A DNA stretch of 64,000 bases from Candidatus Eiseniibacteriota bacterium (GCA_030595835.1 JAUVLG010000003.1:952-64951); one strand, 5' to 3'; shown: positions 1 to 9,518, numbered from the stretch's first letter. The notes: generated by a model not told the origin, from the letters alone. Made by a program: numbers and translations.

Positions 1-8
1 GGCACACG

Positions 9-197
9 CTACTCCTTCTCCTTCTCCTCCGCCACGATCTCCCTGCCGTTGTAGGTCCCGCAGTGGGGACACATCCTGTGAGGAAGCTTCGCTTCCCCGC
101 AGCTGGGGCAGACGGAGAGCGACGGGCGCGCTGCCTTCTCGTGGGTTCTGCGTTTGCGGCCCCTGGTCTTGGAGCTCTTTCTCTTTGGTACGGCCAT
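9..197 (-). CDS. rpmF: 50S ribosomal protein L32
   Basis: The 63-aa product [21 protein letters not shown]...CPSCGE...CPHCG has the classic L32 N-terminus and two CxxC pairs. A GGAGGG Shine-Dalgarno sequence lies 4 nt upstream of the ATG at 197. The ORF-track start at 212 sits inside that Shine-Dalgarno sequence and is probably not real. Confidence 0.9.
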   Translation of the reverse strand: MAVPKRKSSKTRGRKRRTHEKAARPSLSVCPSCGEAKLPHRMCPHCGTYNGREIVAEEKEKE

Positions 198-226
198 GAT
201 CCCTCCACGCATACAAATACGTTAGA

Positions 227-253
227 CTGCAGGGACCCCAGAGGCCCCTGCAG
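227..253 (-). terminator. Perfect 8-bp inverted repeat (ctgcaggg-N11-ccctgcag) between the stop of the fusion gene and rpmF; possible terminator or attenuator hairpin.
   Basis: The inverted repeat is visible in the sequence at 227-253. The downstream minus-strand sequence (agtctaacgtatttgtatg) is only moderately U-rich, so a terminator role is weakly supported. Confidence 0.3.
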
Positions 254-296
254 AGCATAACACTACGCGCCATACTAGGTTCGGCCAACGGTCAAG

Positions 297-3200
297 TCAA
301 GCGCTAACTCTGTGGCGCCGAACCACATGAGCCGGGAGTCCCGCCTCCTCGACCAATCTGGAGAAGCGAATCTCGATCGAATCGGTCCAGCGAGGATCAA
401 TAATCATGTATGGAGCATCCACGGACGGGATCGAGAGGTCGGCCGCGCCGTCAGGCGTCCTGAGACCTCCCTCATAAAGGGCCTCCCCACCCCAGCGAAG
501 ACCACCCGGAGGCAATTTCTCGGCCGGGTAGTCCGGCAGACCCAGCGCCGCTGCGAACTCCCCGCGGACGGCGGAAGGGTCGGTCGATCCGAGCTCGGCG
601 CCCAGCGCCGCCGCCAGCATCGAGACCAGCTCGAGGTCCGTCAGCCCGGCCGGAGGAGTGAGCGGCCCGGCCACGGTCTGAACCCTGCGCTCGCTGCTCG
701 TGAAGCTCCCCTGCGATTCCCCGGGGGCCGGCAAGGGCAGTATGCAGTCGGCGAGCGCGGTCGTCTCGGTCGGCACCGTGTCCGCGACCATCAGGAAGTC
801 GAGACCGCCGAGCAACTCCCGAACGCGGTCAGGGTCTTCCGCTCCCGACACCGGATCCTCCCCTACTATGAGCGCCGCCCGGATGGAGCCGGCGGCGAGT
901 TCCCTCGCCAGTCTTGCCGACTCGCGCCCGATTCCAAGATCGGACAGGCCCTGCCCGTTGGCGCGTGTCCGCGCGAACAGAACAAGCGGAGCCGCGCCGC
1001 TTGAACCCGTGATCACGGAGAGCGCGACAGCTAAGCCTGCGTCGCGCCCCGCGCTCGCGGCATCGAAGGAACCCAGATTAGCAATGAGAACGGCCTTCTC
1101 GGCCGCGACCAGTGCGTCCGCCACGTCTTCGAGAGTGCCGCCCGACACGGTGACATTCACTGACGATGCGCCAGCCAGCTTCGACAACTCCTCGAGCCCT
1201 CTGACCGCGAAGGGCGACGTCTTCCGGTCGGCCCCGCGCTCGAGAGCCCGCCCTGCCATCGTCAGAAGCACGTTCGAGAGCTGCCCATGCTCAGCCTGTA
1301 TCCAGACCCGGGCCATCTTCGACATTCTCGTCTCTACGGCTGAGACCACGACGAGATGCGCTCCATTCCTGACTGCCTTCCGGACCGAGATGCCCAGCAC
1401 GGTCTGCTCCTCGGCGATGTCCGAATCGAGCAGCAGGATGACGTCGGCGGACCTGACATCCTCGTAGGACGCCGTCGACGCGGGGTAGCCGAAGGTCCGC
1501 TCGAGTGCGGCGAAGACGCCGGCCTCGTGGACCAGTCCGTACGACCCGACGTTGACGGTGCCCAAACCTTCGCGACCCAGCCTGACCAGTCGGTGGGCCA
1601 CCTCGTTCGTGACGCGAGGGGAAACGAAGATCGCCACACCCTCGGGTCCGTATTCGTCTACGGCCGACTTCATTCTCTCCGCCACGCTCGCGACCGCGCG
1701 CTCCCAGGATGTCTCCTCGAGAACACCGTCGGTGCGAACAACCGGAGCCAGGAATCGGTCGTCTGCGGCCCACGGGCCGAAGCCGAAGCGGCCTCTGACG
1801 CAGAGATTCGTGTGCCCGTCGATGCTCGTGGGTGAAGGCGTGACCCTGTCCAGGATACCGCCGACCGTGTGCAGCGTAACGGAGCAGCCCGTGCCACAGA
1901 ATGTGCAGGTCGACGTCGTGGCGCGGCCCGCCCAGGGCCCCGGCTTCGGCAGGTCGATCACCTGGGAGAGCGCTGCAGTGGGGCACGTCGACACGCACTG
2001 CCCGCACGATTCGCACGTGGTTGCGGCCAGTGGCTTGTCGAGCCCCGGCTTCATCTGCGCGTGGAAGCCCCTCTTGAAGAACCCGAGCGCCTCGGCACCC
2101 TGCACCTCCTCACAGATGCGGACGCACCTGCCGCACAGTATGCATTTCTCGGGCTCCAATCGGATGAATGGATGCCGCGTATCCGGCGGGTCGTCAACAA
2201 TCTCTCCGCCGAAAACGCCGGCCGATGCGCCGTACTCCGCCGAATACTGGCGAAGCCTGCACGTGAAGGCGGAGGCACACCCGCATTCGAGACAGCGCTC
2301 GGTCTCGACCAGGGCCTGCTCCTCTGTGAAACCCAGCTCAACCTCGTCCATCGTACGGATGCGTTCCGCTACCGGAAGTTCCGGCATCTCCTGTCTCGGG
2401 ATCTTCACCACGTCCTTAAGCTCATCAGCGGGGAAGCTGTCCCACCGCTCCTTCTGGATGTTGAAGAAGGGTTCGGTGACACTGACGTCTTCTCCCCGGA
2501 GCAGCCGGTCTATCGCCTGGGCCGCCCGTCCTCCAGCCGCTATCGCCTCGATCGCGGTGGCGGCGCCCGTGACGACGTCGCCTCCGGCGAAGACACGAGG
2601 TACCGCGGTCGCGCCTGTTACCTCGTCGGCGACGATGGTGCCCCACCGCGTCAGCTTGAGCCGCGCCTCCAGCGAACTCCCGTCGCTCTCGACCGTGTCA
2701 CTGATGGCGGCGAGATCTGGCACCTGGCCGATGGCCGCGATGACGTTGTCGACCTCGATCGTCTTCTCTGAACCCTCGACGGGGACCGGGCGGCGCCGGC
2801 CGCTGTCGTCGGGCTCACCCAGTTCCATCTCAATGTATTCCAGGCGCTCGCAACGCCCGTCGCCCTCGATCTTCGTCGGAGCGGCGAGGAAGTGCATCTC
2901 GACGCCCTCGTGGAGCGCCGCCTCAACTTCAACATCCCACGCCGGCATCTCGGTCCTGGAGCGGCGATAGACCACGGTGACCTTCTCGGCCCCCAGTCTC
3001 AGGCTCGTCCTCGCCGCGTCGATGGCCGTGTTGCCGCCACCGATGATGGCGACGTGACGGCCGATCGTCACCTTCTCTCCGAGTCCCATCTTCTTGAGGA
3101 AATCGGTCCCGGACCACACGCCAGTAAGCGACTCGCCTTCCACTTTCATCAGACGGCTTCCCATCGCGCCCAAACCCAGGAAGACCGCGTCGTACCCGTC

Positions 3201-4031
3201 GCCGAAGAGATCCGCGAGCGTGAAGTCGCGCCCCATCGTCTTCCCGTATTGGATCTCAGCACCAAGGTCGGTGATGAGTCCCACCTCGGCATCCAGCGTC
3301 TCCTTGGGCAACCGGTACTCGGGGATGCCGTAGCGAAGCATGCCACCCGGCCCGGGGAGTGCCTCGAAGACGGTAACGTCATGGCCCTTCTGACGGAGGT
3401 AATAGGCCAGCGTGAGACTGGCGGGCCCCGCACCCACGGCCGCGACCTTCTTCCCGGTCGACGGCGGCACCGCCGGGCTGAAAGGGTCATCGTGCTGGAT
3501 GTCCCAGTCGGCGGCGAAGCGCTTCAAGTAGTCGATGGCCACCGGCTCGTCCACGGCGTTCCGACGGCACTCGGTCTCGCACGGCCGCGTACAAACGCGC
3601 CCGATGGAAAGCGGGAACGGGTTGACCTCCTTGACGAGCTTCGTGGCCTCGCGGTACTGCCCCTCCGCGATCAGAGCGATGTAGCCCTGAACATCCACGC
3701 CCGCGGGACACGCGGCCTTGCAGGGAGCGATGCAATCGCCGCGGTGATTCGATAGAAGGAGCTCGAGCGCCATCTTGCGGACCGCTCTGACGTCCTCGGT
3801 GTCGGTCCAGACCTTCATGCCCGGACTGACCTTCGTGCCACACGAGGGCACGTAGCGTCGCATGCCCTCCAGCTTGACGGCACAGAGCCAGCAGGACGTG
3901 AACGGCTCGAGCTGCTCGTCGTTGCACAGGGTCGGGATCTCCACACCGTTCGTCCGCGCGGCCTCGAGAATCGTGATCCCGCTCTCGACCTCTACGTCTT
4001 GTCCGTTCAGAGAAATTGTTACCAGGGCCAA
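297..4031 (-). CDS. 1244-aa multidomain FeS flavoprotein. It combines a NuoG-type N-terminal 2Fe-2S ferredoxin domain, a GltD-like NAD(P)H/FAD module (glutamate synthase small-subunit family), NuoG-type His/Cys-ligated 4Fe-4S clusters, and a C-terminal molybdopterin-oxidoreductase (formate dehydrogenase/NuoG-like) domain that appears catalytically degenerate.
   Basis: The N-terminus has C-x10-C-x2-C-x13-C (CNDEQLEPFTSCWLCAV...SC). Next comes a GltD N-terminal FeS region (GDCIAPCKAACPAGV ... GRVCTRPCETEC), followed by the dinucleotide-binding motif KKVAAVGAGPASLTLAYYL and a second Rossmann motif VAIIGGGNTAIDAA. After that come HPFIRLEPEKCILCGRCVRICEEVQG and CESCGQCVSTCP (NuoG-type clusters) and then CTFCGTGCSV...LCVRGRF (molybdopterin Fe4S4 domain). 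No Cys/Sec-His catalytic dyad is evident downstream, and there is no in-frame TGA. Confidence 0.8.
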   Translation of the reverse strand: MALVTISLNGQDVEVESGITILEAARTNGVEIPTLCNDEQLEPFTSCWLCAVKLEGMRRYVPSCGTKVSPGMKVWTDTEDVRAVRKMALELLLSNHRGDCIAPCKAACPAGVDVQGYIALIAEGQYREATKLVKEVNPFPLSIGRVCTRPCETECRRNAVDEPVAIDYLKRFAADWDIQHDDPFSPAVPPSTGKKVAAVGAGPASLTLAYYLRQKGHDVTVFEALPGPGGMLRYGIPEYRLPKETLDAEVGLITDLGAEIQYGKTMGRDFTLADLFGDGYDAVFLGLGAMGSRLMKVEGESLTGVWSGTDFLKKMGLGEKVTIGRHVAIIGGGNTAIDAARTSLRLGAEKVTVVYRRSRTEMPAWDVEVEAALHEGVEMHFLAAPTKIEGDGRCERLEYIEMELGEPDDSGRRRPVPVEGSEKTIEVDNVIAAIGQVPDLAAISDTVESDGSSLEARLKLTRWGTIVADEVTGATAVPRVFAGGDVVTGAATAIEAIAAGGRAAQAIDRLLRGEDVSVTEPFFNIQKERWDSFPADELKDVVKIPRQEMPELPVAERIRTMDEVELGFTEEQALVETERCLECGCASAFTCRLRQYSAEYGASAGVFGGEIVDDPPDTRHPFIRLEPEKCILCGRCVRICEEVQGAEALGFFKRGFHAQMKPGLDKPLAATTCESCGQCVSTCPTAALSQVIDLPKPGPWAGRATTSTCTFCGTGCSVTLHTVGGILDRVTPSPTSIDGHTNLCVRGRFGFGPWAADDRFLAPVVRTDGVLEETSWERAVASVAERMKSAVDEYGPEGVAIFVSPRVTNEVAHRLVRLGREGLGTVNVGSYGLVHEAGVFAALERTFGYPASTASYEDVRSADVILLLDSDIAEEQTVLGISVRKAVRNGAHLVVVSAVETRMSKMARVWIQAEHGQLSNVLLTMAGRALERGADRKTSPFAVRGLEELSKLAGASSVNVTVSGGTLEDVADALVAAEKAVLIANLGSFDAASAGRDAGLAVALSVITGSSGAAPLVLFARTRANGQGLSDLGIGRESARLARELAAGSIRAALIVGEDPVSGAEDPDRVRELLGGLDFLMVADTVPTETTALADCILPLPAPGESQGSFTSSERRVQTVAGPLTPPAGLTDLELVSMLAAALGAELGSTDPSAVRGEFAAALGLPDYPAEKLPPGGLRWGGEALYEGGLRTPDGAADLSIPSVDAPYMIIDPRWTDSIEIRFSRLVEEAGLPAHVVRRHRVSA

Positions 4032-4084
4032 TCTAGTTTCCTCTCCGGAGACACCGCGTCACCGCGCCTCCGCCTCTCGCCCGG

Positions 4085-5872
4085 TCAACTGACGATGACC
4101 GCCTCAAACTTGCACGCCTTCCGACACGCGTCGCACTTGGTGCACAGCTCAGTATCGATCACGTGCGGTCCCTTTCGCTCGCCCGAAACGGCGCCGACGG
4201 GACACGCGCGAACGCACAGCGTGCAGCCGATGCACTTGTCGGGATCGATCTCGTATGTCAGAAGAGGCTTGCACGTCAGCGCCGGGCAGCGCTTCTCGTG
4301 GATGTGCGCCTCGTATTCGTCGCGGAAGTACCTGATGGTTGTAAGCACCGGGTTGGGCGCGCTCTGCCCGAGACCGCACAGAGACGATGAGACGATCTGC
4401 TGTCCCAGTTCCTCGAGCCTCTCGATGTCGCCCTCTCGCCCTTCGCCTGAGGTTATCCTGTCGAGGATCTCAAGCATGCGCTTCGTACCGACACGGCAGA
4501 ACGTGCACTTGCCGCAGCTCTCGTCCTGCGTGAACTGCAGGAAGAACCGCGCGATGTCAACCATGCACGTTCGGTCGTCCATGACGACCATGCCACCGGA
4601 ACCCATGATGGCGCCGGTCTTCGTCACGGACTCGTAGTCGATCTTGATGTCGATGTGCTCTTCGGGAACGCAGCCACCCGACGGCCCACCCAGCTGGACG
4701 GCCTTGAACTTCCTGCCGTCGGGGATGCCGCCGCCGACCTCAAAGATGACGTCCCGAAGCGAGATCCCCATCGGGACCTCGACCAGGCCGCCGCGCACGA
4801 TCTTCCCGGTGAGTGCGAAGACCTTCGTTCCCTTGCTCGTCTCGGTACCGTACGCCGCGTATGCGGCGGCGCCGTTCGTGATGATCCACGGCACGTTGGC
4901 GTAGGTCTCAACGTTGTTGATGTTCGTGGGCTTCGCCCACAGGCCCTTGGCCGCGGGGAACGGCGGGCGCAATCTAGGCATGCCACGCTTGCCCTCGACA
5001 GACGCGATGAGCGCCGTCTCTTCGCCGCAGACGAAGGCCCCCGCGCCTTCCTTCACCTTGACGCGGAAACTAAACCCGGAGCCCAGGATGTCCATACCGA
5101 GGAAGCCGCGCTCCTCCGAATCGGCGATTGCCATCTTGAGTCGCCGGACGGCCAGGGGATACTCGGCCCGTGCATATATGTACCCCTCGGCAGCACCAAT
5201 GGCGTAGGCGGCGATCGTCAGCCCCTCGAGCACCGAGTGCGGGTCGCCCTCAAGAACGCTCCTGTCCATGAAGGCGCCCGGGTCGCCCTCGTCAGCGTTC
5301 ACGATGACGTACTTGACGTCCCCAGGCTGCTGTCGCGCCAGGTCCCACTTGACGCCGGACGGGAACCCGGCCCCCCCACGGCCCCTGAGCCCCGACGCCT
5401 TCATCGTGTCGACGATTTCCTCGGGAGTCATCTCGGTCAGCGCCTTCGTCAGACCCTCGTACCCGCCGGCTTCGATGTACTCATCGATGGACTCGGGGTC
5501 GATGAGCCCGGCGTTCCGAAGAACCAACCGCACCTGTCGGTCGTAGTAGGCCTCGTCCGGGAGCCTCTTCCCTTCCATGCGGACCGCGAACTCCTCGACG
5601 GGCTTCCCGCCGACGATGTGCTCTTGGACGATCCGCGCGACCTGCTCCTCCGTCACTCCCCCGTAGGTGACCCTGCCCAGTCCTTCGGTATCAACGTCGA
5701 CAAGCGGCTCGCGGTAGCACATGCCGATGCAGCCCGTACGCCGAAGCGGCGTGCTCAGCCCTCTCTCGTCGAACTCGCGTCGGAACGCTTCGTACACCTG
5801 CGCCGCGCCCGCTGCAACTCCGCAGCTGGACAGCCCGACGGTCACCCTGCTCGATGTGCTTTGGTCCGGCAT
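4085..5872 (-). CDS. NuoF/HydB/HoxF-family subunit (51 kDa family): NAD(H)-binding FMN-containing FeS protein with a C-terminal 2x[4Fe-4S] ferredoxin domain.
   Basis: The sequence GLRGRGGAGFPSGVKW matches the NADH/FMN site. ESCGKCTFCR is the SLBB/4Fe-4S cysteine motif. The C-terminus has CIGCTLCVRACP and CTKCDACRKAC. An N-terminal thioredoxin-like extension is present, as in HydB and HoxF. Confidence 0.9.
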   Translation of the reverse strand: MPDQSTSSRVTVGLSSCGVAAGAAQVYEAFRREFDERGLSTPLRRTGCIGMCYREPLVDVDTEGLGRVTYGGVTEEQVARIVQEHIVGGKPVEEFAVRMEGKRLPDEAYYDRQVRLVLRNAGLIDPESIDEYIEAGGYEGLTKALTEMTPEEIVDTMKASGLRGRGGAGFPSGVKWDLARQQPGDVKYVIVNADEGDPGAFMDRSVLEGDPHSVLEGLTIAAYAIGAAEGYIYARAEYPLAVRRLKMAIADSEERGFLGMDILGSGFSFRVKVKEGAGAFVCGEETALIASVEGKRGMPRLRPPFPAAKGLWAKPTNINNVETYANVPWIITNGAAAYAAYGTETSKGTKVFALTGKIVRGGLVEVPMGISLRDVIFEVGGGIPDGRKFKAVQLGGPSGGCVPEEHIDIKIDYESVTKTGAIMGSGGMVVMDDRTCMVDIARFFLQFTQDESCGKCTFCRVGTKRMLEILDRITSGEGREGDIERLEELGQQIVSSSLCGLGQSAPNPVLTTIRYFRDEYEAHIHEKRCPALTCKPLLTYEIDPDKCIGCTLCVRACPVGAVSGERKGPHVIDTELCTKCDACRKACKFEAVIVS

Positions 5873-5894
5873 CCTTATCCTCTTGGTCAGCTGG

Positions 5895-6413
5895 TCACGC
5901 CTTCGCGCCGCCCTCGTCCCCGGCGGTTCCGTAGTTCCTCACGATGTCTCTGGCCTGCTCTGGCGTCAGCCGGCCGAAGGTGTCCTCGTCGATCATGATG
6001 ACGGGCGCCAGGCTGCAGCAGCCCAGGCAAGCCACCGTCTCCACGGTGAACTTCCCGTCCTCGGTGGTGCCGCCCTCGGCGACACCAAGCTCGTCACAGA
6101 CGGCCTCCACCACATCGACGGCCCCCTGCACGTGGCAGGCGGTGCCCTCACACACCCTGATGATGTGCCTGCCCACCGGCTCGAACCGGAACTGCGAGTA
6201 GAAACTCGCGACGCCGAAGATGCGGGCGGGCGGCACGCCGGAGCGTTCAGCGATCCGCTCCATGATGACAGGCGGAAGATAGCCGATCTCTTCCTGGACC
6301 TGCTGGAGCATCGGGATCAGTGCGCCGCGCAATGTGCTGAATTCCGCCACGATACGATCGACTACGGAGAGCTGCTCGGGCGTCGCCACGTCCGGGCCTG
6401 CGGTGTTCGCCAT
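5895..6413 (-). CDS. NuoE/HydC/HoxE-family 2Fe-2S thioredoxin-fold subunit (24 kDa family).
   Basis: The motifs CEGTACHVQGA and CLGCCSLAPV are typical of NuoE. The start ATG (MANTAGPD) overlaps the ndk stop as ATGA, with GGAGGA immediately upstream. The Arg-rich part of the ORF-track translation upstream of that start is probably not translated. Confidence 0.85.
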   Translation of the reverse strand: MANTAGPDVATPEQLSVVDRIVAEFSTLRGALIPMLQQVQEEIGYLPPVIMERIAERSGVPPARIFGVASFYSQFRFEPVGRHIIRVCEGTACHVQGAVDVVEAVCDELGVAEGGTTEDGKFTVETVACLGCCSLAPVIMIDEDTFGRLTPEQARDIVRNYGTAGDEGGAKA

Positions 6414-6883
6414 CAGTCCTCCCGGTCCCCGCCGCCCACGTCCTTGAGAGCGTCGGCGGTCAGGGTTCTGGGGCAATCCTCGAAGTAGAAGCGTGCCTCG
6501 TGCTCGATTCTCTCCGTCGAGTCCGACGCGTGAACCGCGTTCTCGCGGAGGCTCCTTCCATACAGCGCCCGGACCGTGCCGGGCTCGGCCTCCGCCGGGT
6601 TCGTCGCACCGATCAGTTCCCTGAGGACCGGAATGCCCGGCCCGTTCAGAAGCAGTCCGACGGTCATCCCGGATGTGATGAAGTCGATGAGGGGGTCGAA
6701 GAAGGGCTTGTCCTTGTGCACGTTGTAGAGGAGGCCGGCCTCGTCGGCGGTGAGCCTGCGCGATGCGATGCCCACAATGGAAAAACCCGCTCGCTCGACG
6801 GCCGCCACTATGTCACCGATGTGCCCATCGCTGACCGCACACGGCTTGATCATCAGGAATGCCATCGACGCATCAGGCTTCAT
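6413..6883 (-). CDS. ndk: Nucleoside diphosphate kinase.
   Basis: AFLMIKPCAVSDGHIGDIV matches the NDK N-terminus, and NVHASDS is the region containing the active-site His. The start is ambiguous: ATG at 6883 (MKPDAS, overlapping the upstream gene) or ATG at 6865 (MAFLMIKP). Confidence 0.85.
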   Translation of the reverse strand: MKPDASMAFLMIKPCAVSDGHIGDIVAAVERAGFSIVGIASRRLTADEAGLLYNVHKDKPFFDPLIDFITSGMTVGLLLNGPGIPVLRELIGATNPAEAEPGTVRALYGRSLRENAVHASDSTERIEHEARFYFEDCPRTLTADALKDVGGGDRED

Positions 6884-7427
6884 TGCGAGCTTCTCTCGCA
6901 GCAGTCCTGCCCAGCTCAAGAGCCTTCTCGTTTATCGACTCCGTGCCCTTCGGCACTCGCTCGAGAACCGCCGCCCGGAGGCTCTCCCACTGGACGACCC
7001 CGGTGAGTTCGCCGACCGCGCCAAGCGCGACGACATTCGCGAAGAGCTTTCGACCGCACTCCTCGAGCGCGAGCATTGTGAAGGGGATCCCGATCGCACC
7101 CGGGTGCTCGACACGCTCGACGAGATACGAGTCGACGATGAGAATGCCGCCTTCGCGCAGCGAAGGAAGGTACTCATCGAGAGACGCCTGGCTCATTGCG
7201 AGCAGCACATCGACCCGTGTCGCCTTGGGGTAGTCTATCTCGCCGTTGGATATCACGACGTCCGTCTTGCTCTTGCCACCGCGGGCCTCGGGCCCGTAGC
7301 TCTGCGTCTGCACCGCGTTCTTACCGTCGTACACGGCCGCCGCCGCGAGCAGCTTGCCCGCGAGCATCGCGCCCTGCCCTCCGGCGCCCGAGAGCCTGAT
7401 CTCGTACCTGTCTGCCTCGCCCGTCAC
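6873..7427 (-). CDS. 2-Oxoacid:ferredoxin oxidoreductase, gamma subunit.
   Basis: EIRLSGAGGQGAMLAGKLLA is the typical POR/KOR gamma N-terminus. The gene is the last of the delta-alpha-beta-gamma set. Confidence 0.85.
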   Translation of the reverse strand: MTGEADRYEIRLSGAGGQGAMLAGKLLAAAAVYDGKNAVQTQSYGPEARGGKSKTDVVISNGEIDYPKATRVDVLLAMSQASLDEYLPSLREGGILIVDSYLVERVEHPGAIGIPFTMLALEECGRKLFANVVALGAVGELTGVVQWESLRAAVLERVPKGTESINEKALELGRTAAREARNEA

Positions 7428-7464
7428 GCTCGAACCCTCACGGTCTTGCGCGCCTCCGCCGGCG

Positions 7465-8370
7465 CTAGCCGTCCCCCAACTTCAGGCCATCGGCCATCTC
7501 ATCGTAGGCCTGGATCATCTTCCTGACGTTCGCGACCACCGCCGGATCGGCCGACACGCGCTCGGCCATCTCATCGTAGGACTGGATGAACTCCGGCTTG
7601 TCGGACTCGACCATGATCCCGCGCGTGAACTTGCCCTCGAGATCGGCGGCGTCCATACGCTCGGCCGCCTTGATGGAGACCGAGTTGTCACGCATCCACT
7701 CTAGCATGGCCACGGGCGACGCGAACTTGTTCATCCGGCCGTAGCTTGTATGGCAGTTCGAGATGATCTCCACCACCGAGAAGCCCTTGTGCCGAATGGC
7801 CTTCTCTATGAGAACACCTGCTTCCCTCGCGTGGTACACGGAACTCCTGGCTACGAAGGTCGCCCCGGCTCCCACGGCGAGCGCGGTCGTGTCGAACGCG
7901 TACTCGATGTTGCCGTACGGCGCCGTGGTGCCCCGCTTGCCGTGCGGCGTCGTCGGGGAGTACTGCCCGCCGGTCATGCCGTATATCTGGTTGTTGGCGA
8001 CGATCGCCGTCATGTCTATGTTCCTGCGGCAGGCGTGTATGAAGTGATTGCCGCCGATGGCCAGTGCGTCGCCGTCCCCCATCGCAGCGATGACGGTCAG
8101 CTCTGGCCTGGCCAGTTTCACGCCTGTGGCAAACGCAAGACCGCGACCGTGAGTCGTGTGCAGTGTATTGAAATCAACGTAGGTCGGCATGCGGCCGGTG
8201 CATCCGATACCGGAAACGACGGCGACCTTGTTCTTGTCAACACCGATGGCGGCAATGGCCCGCAACATCGCGCTCATTATGATGCCGAGCCCACATCCGC
8301 CGCACCACACGGTCGGCAGTTTCTTGTGGGGACGTAAGTAAGTCCGCGCGACCTCGATGGCCTGGCTCAT
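7465..8370 (-). CDS. korB: 2-Oxoacid:ferredoxin oxidoreductase, beta subunit (TPP-binding).
   Basis: WCGGCGLG is the N-terminal Cys motif and GDGDALAIGGNHFIHACRRN is the TPP-binding signature. Confidence 0.9.
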   Translation of the reverse strand: MSQAIEVARTYLRPHKKLPTVWCGGCGLGIIMSAMLRAIAAIGVDKNKVAVVSGIGCTGRMPTYVDFNTLHTTHGRGLAFATGVKLARPELTVIAAMGDGDALAIGGNHFIHACRRNIDMTAIVANNQIYGMTGGQYSPTTPHGKRGTTAPYGNIEYAFDTTALAVGAGATFVARSSVYHAREAGVLIEKAIRHKGFSVVEIISNCHTSYGRMNKFASPVAMLEWMRDNSVSIKAAERMDAADLEGKFTRGIMVESDKPEFIQSYDEMAERVSADPAVVANVRKMIQAYDEMADGLKLGDG

Positions 8371-9518
8371 CGTCCGGCTGCCTCCATCGTGAAATCAGCG
8401 ATCTCGTCGGGTGTGAAGAGATCTCCGTCCACCTTGCCGAGCGCCCTGACGTCAGCGGCGCCGCAGATGGTGCGCTCTACCTCGAGCGAGAGCTGTCCCA
8501 GGTTCATCTCCGGCACAACGACGAGTTCAAGCTGACCAGCCAGCTCCCTGAGCCGAGCGCCGGAGAACGGCCAGATCGTCCGTGCCCGCAGAAGACCCGC
8601 GCGCACGCCACGCTTCCGGAGTTCCCTCACGGACGACTTCGCCACCCGCGCTGTTGACCCGTATGCGAACAACAGGATGTCCGCGTCATCGAGCATGAAC
8701 TCCTCGTACGAAGCCAGCTCGTCGGCGCAGCCCTCTATCTTGTTGACAATCCCTCGTATCTTGAGATCAACCTCTTCCTTCACCATCGTCGGGAAGCCCC
8801 TCGCGTCGTGCGTGAGCCCGGTGACGTGGAATCTGTGTTCCCCCCCGAAGGCCGCCAACGGAGGCAGTGACTCCCCCTCGCAGCTGCAGTAAGGGCAGTA
8901 CTCGGCTCTCCCCGCGTCGGGTTGCCGCCTGGGTTCCACACGGTACGTCGTTGGCGCCGGGAGCATAACGCTCTCACGCATGTGTCCGATGACCTCGTCG
9001 GACAGGAGCACGACGGGCGTTCGATAACGCTCCGCCAGGTTGACGCAGTCCACGGTCATCGTGAAGCACTCGAGGACCGAGGAAGGTGCGAGCGCGATCA
9101 TCGCGTGATCACCATGAGTTCCCCAACGCGCCTGCTGGACGTCAGCCTGCGCCGGCTGCGTTGGAAGACCTGTCGAGGGCCCCGCCCTCTGGACGTTGAC
9201 GATGACACACGGCACCTCGGCTATCGCCGCGAAGCCGATGTTCTCCTGCATGAGCGAGAAGCCCGGGCCGCTGGTCGCCGTCATTACCTTGGCTCCCGCG
9301 AGAGCCCCTCCGACAATTGCGGCCATGGAGGCTATCTCGTCTTCCATCTGTATGAAGCGGCCACCCATCAGCGGAAGGCACTGCGACATGACCTCGGCGA
9401 TCTCGGACGACGGCGTTATCGGGTAGCCCGCAAAGAAGTTCACGCCGGCCGCGAGCGCGCCCACCGCGCAGGCTTCGTTGCCCTGAAGGATCTGCTTCTT
9501 CATCGCGGACTCACTCAT
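8367..9518 (-). CDS. korA: 2-Oxoacid:ferredoxin oxidoreductase, alpha subunit.
   Basis: The product starts MSESAMKKQILQGNEACAVGALAAG...YPITPSSEI. The ATG at 9518 overlaps the stop of the ferredoxin gene as ATGA. The longer ORF-track N-terminus has no homology. Confidence 0.9.
   Translation of the reverse strand: MSESAMKKQILQGNEACAVGALAAGVNFFAGYPITPSSEIAEVMSQCLPLMGGRFIQMEDEIASMAAIVGGALAGAKVMTATSGPGFSLMQENIGFAAIAEVPCVIVNVQRAGPSTGLPTQPAQADVQQARWGTHGDHAMIALAPSSVLECFTMTVDCVNLAERYRTPVVLLSDEVIGHMRESVMLPAPTTYRVEPRRQPDAGRAEYCPYCSCEGESLPPLAAFGGEHRFHVTGLTHDARGFPTMVKEEVDLKIRGIVNKIEGCADELASYEEFMLDDADILLFAYGSTARVAKSSVRELRKRGVRAGLLRARTIWPFSGARLRELAGQLELVVVPEMNLGQLSLEVERTICGAADVRALGKVDGDLFTPDEIADFTMEAAGR

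Noticed and set aside
297-4031. Possible selenocysteine (in-frame TGA plus SECIS) in the formate-dehydrogenase-like domain.
   Set aside because: The ORF is continuous with no in-frame TGA. The expected catalytic position seems to carry a non-Cys residue. Alignment is needed to be sure.
312-5998. Long plus-strand ORFs (for example 312..1004, 700..1467, 1552..2970, 4655..5998) overlapping the FeS-flavoprotein and NuoF-like genes.
   Set aside because: They are Arg/Pro/Ala-rich low-complexity translations antisense to genes with strong full-length homology. Such ORFs are typical of high-GC DNA, and they have no ribosome-binding sites or homology.
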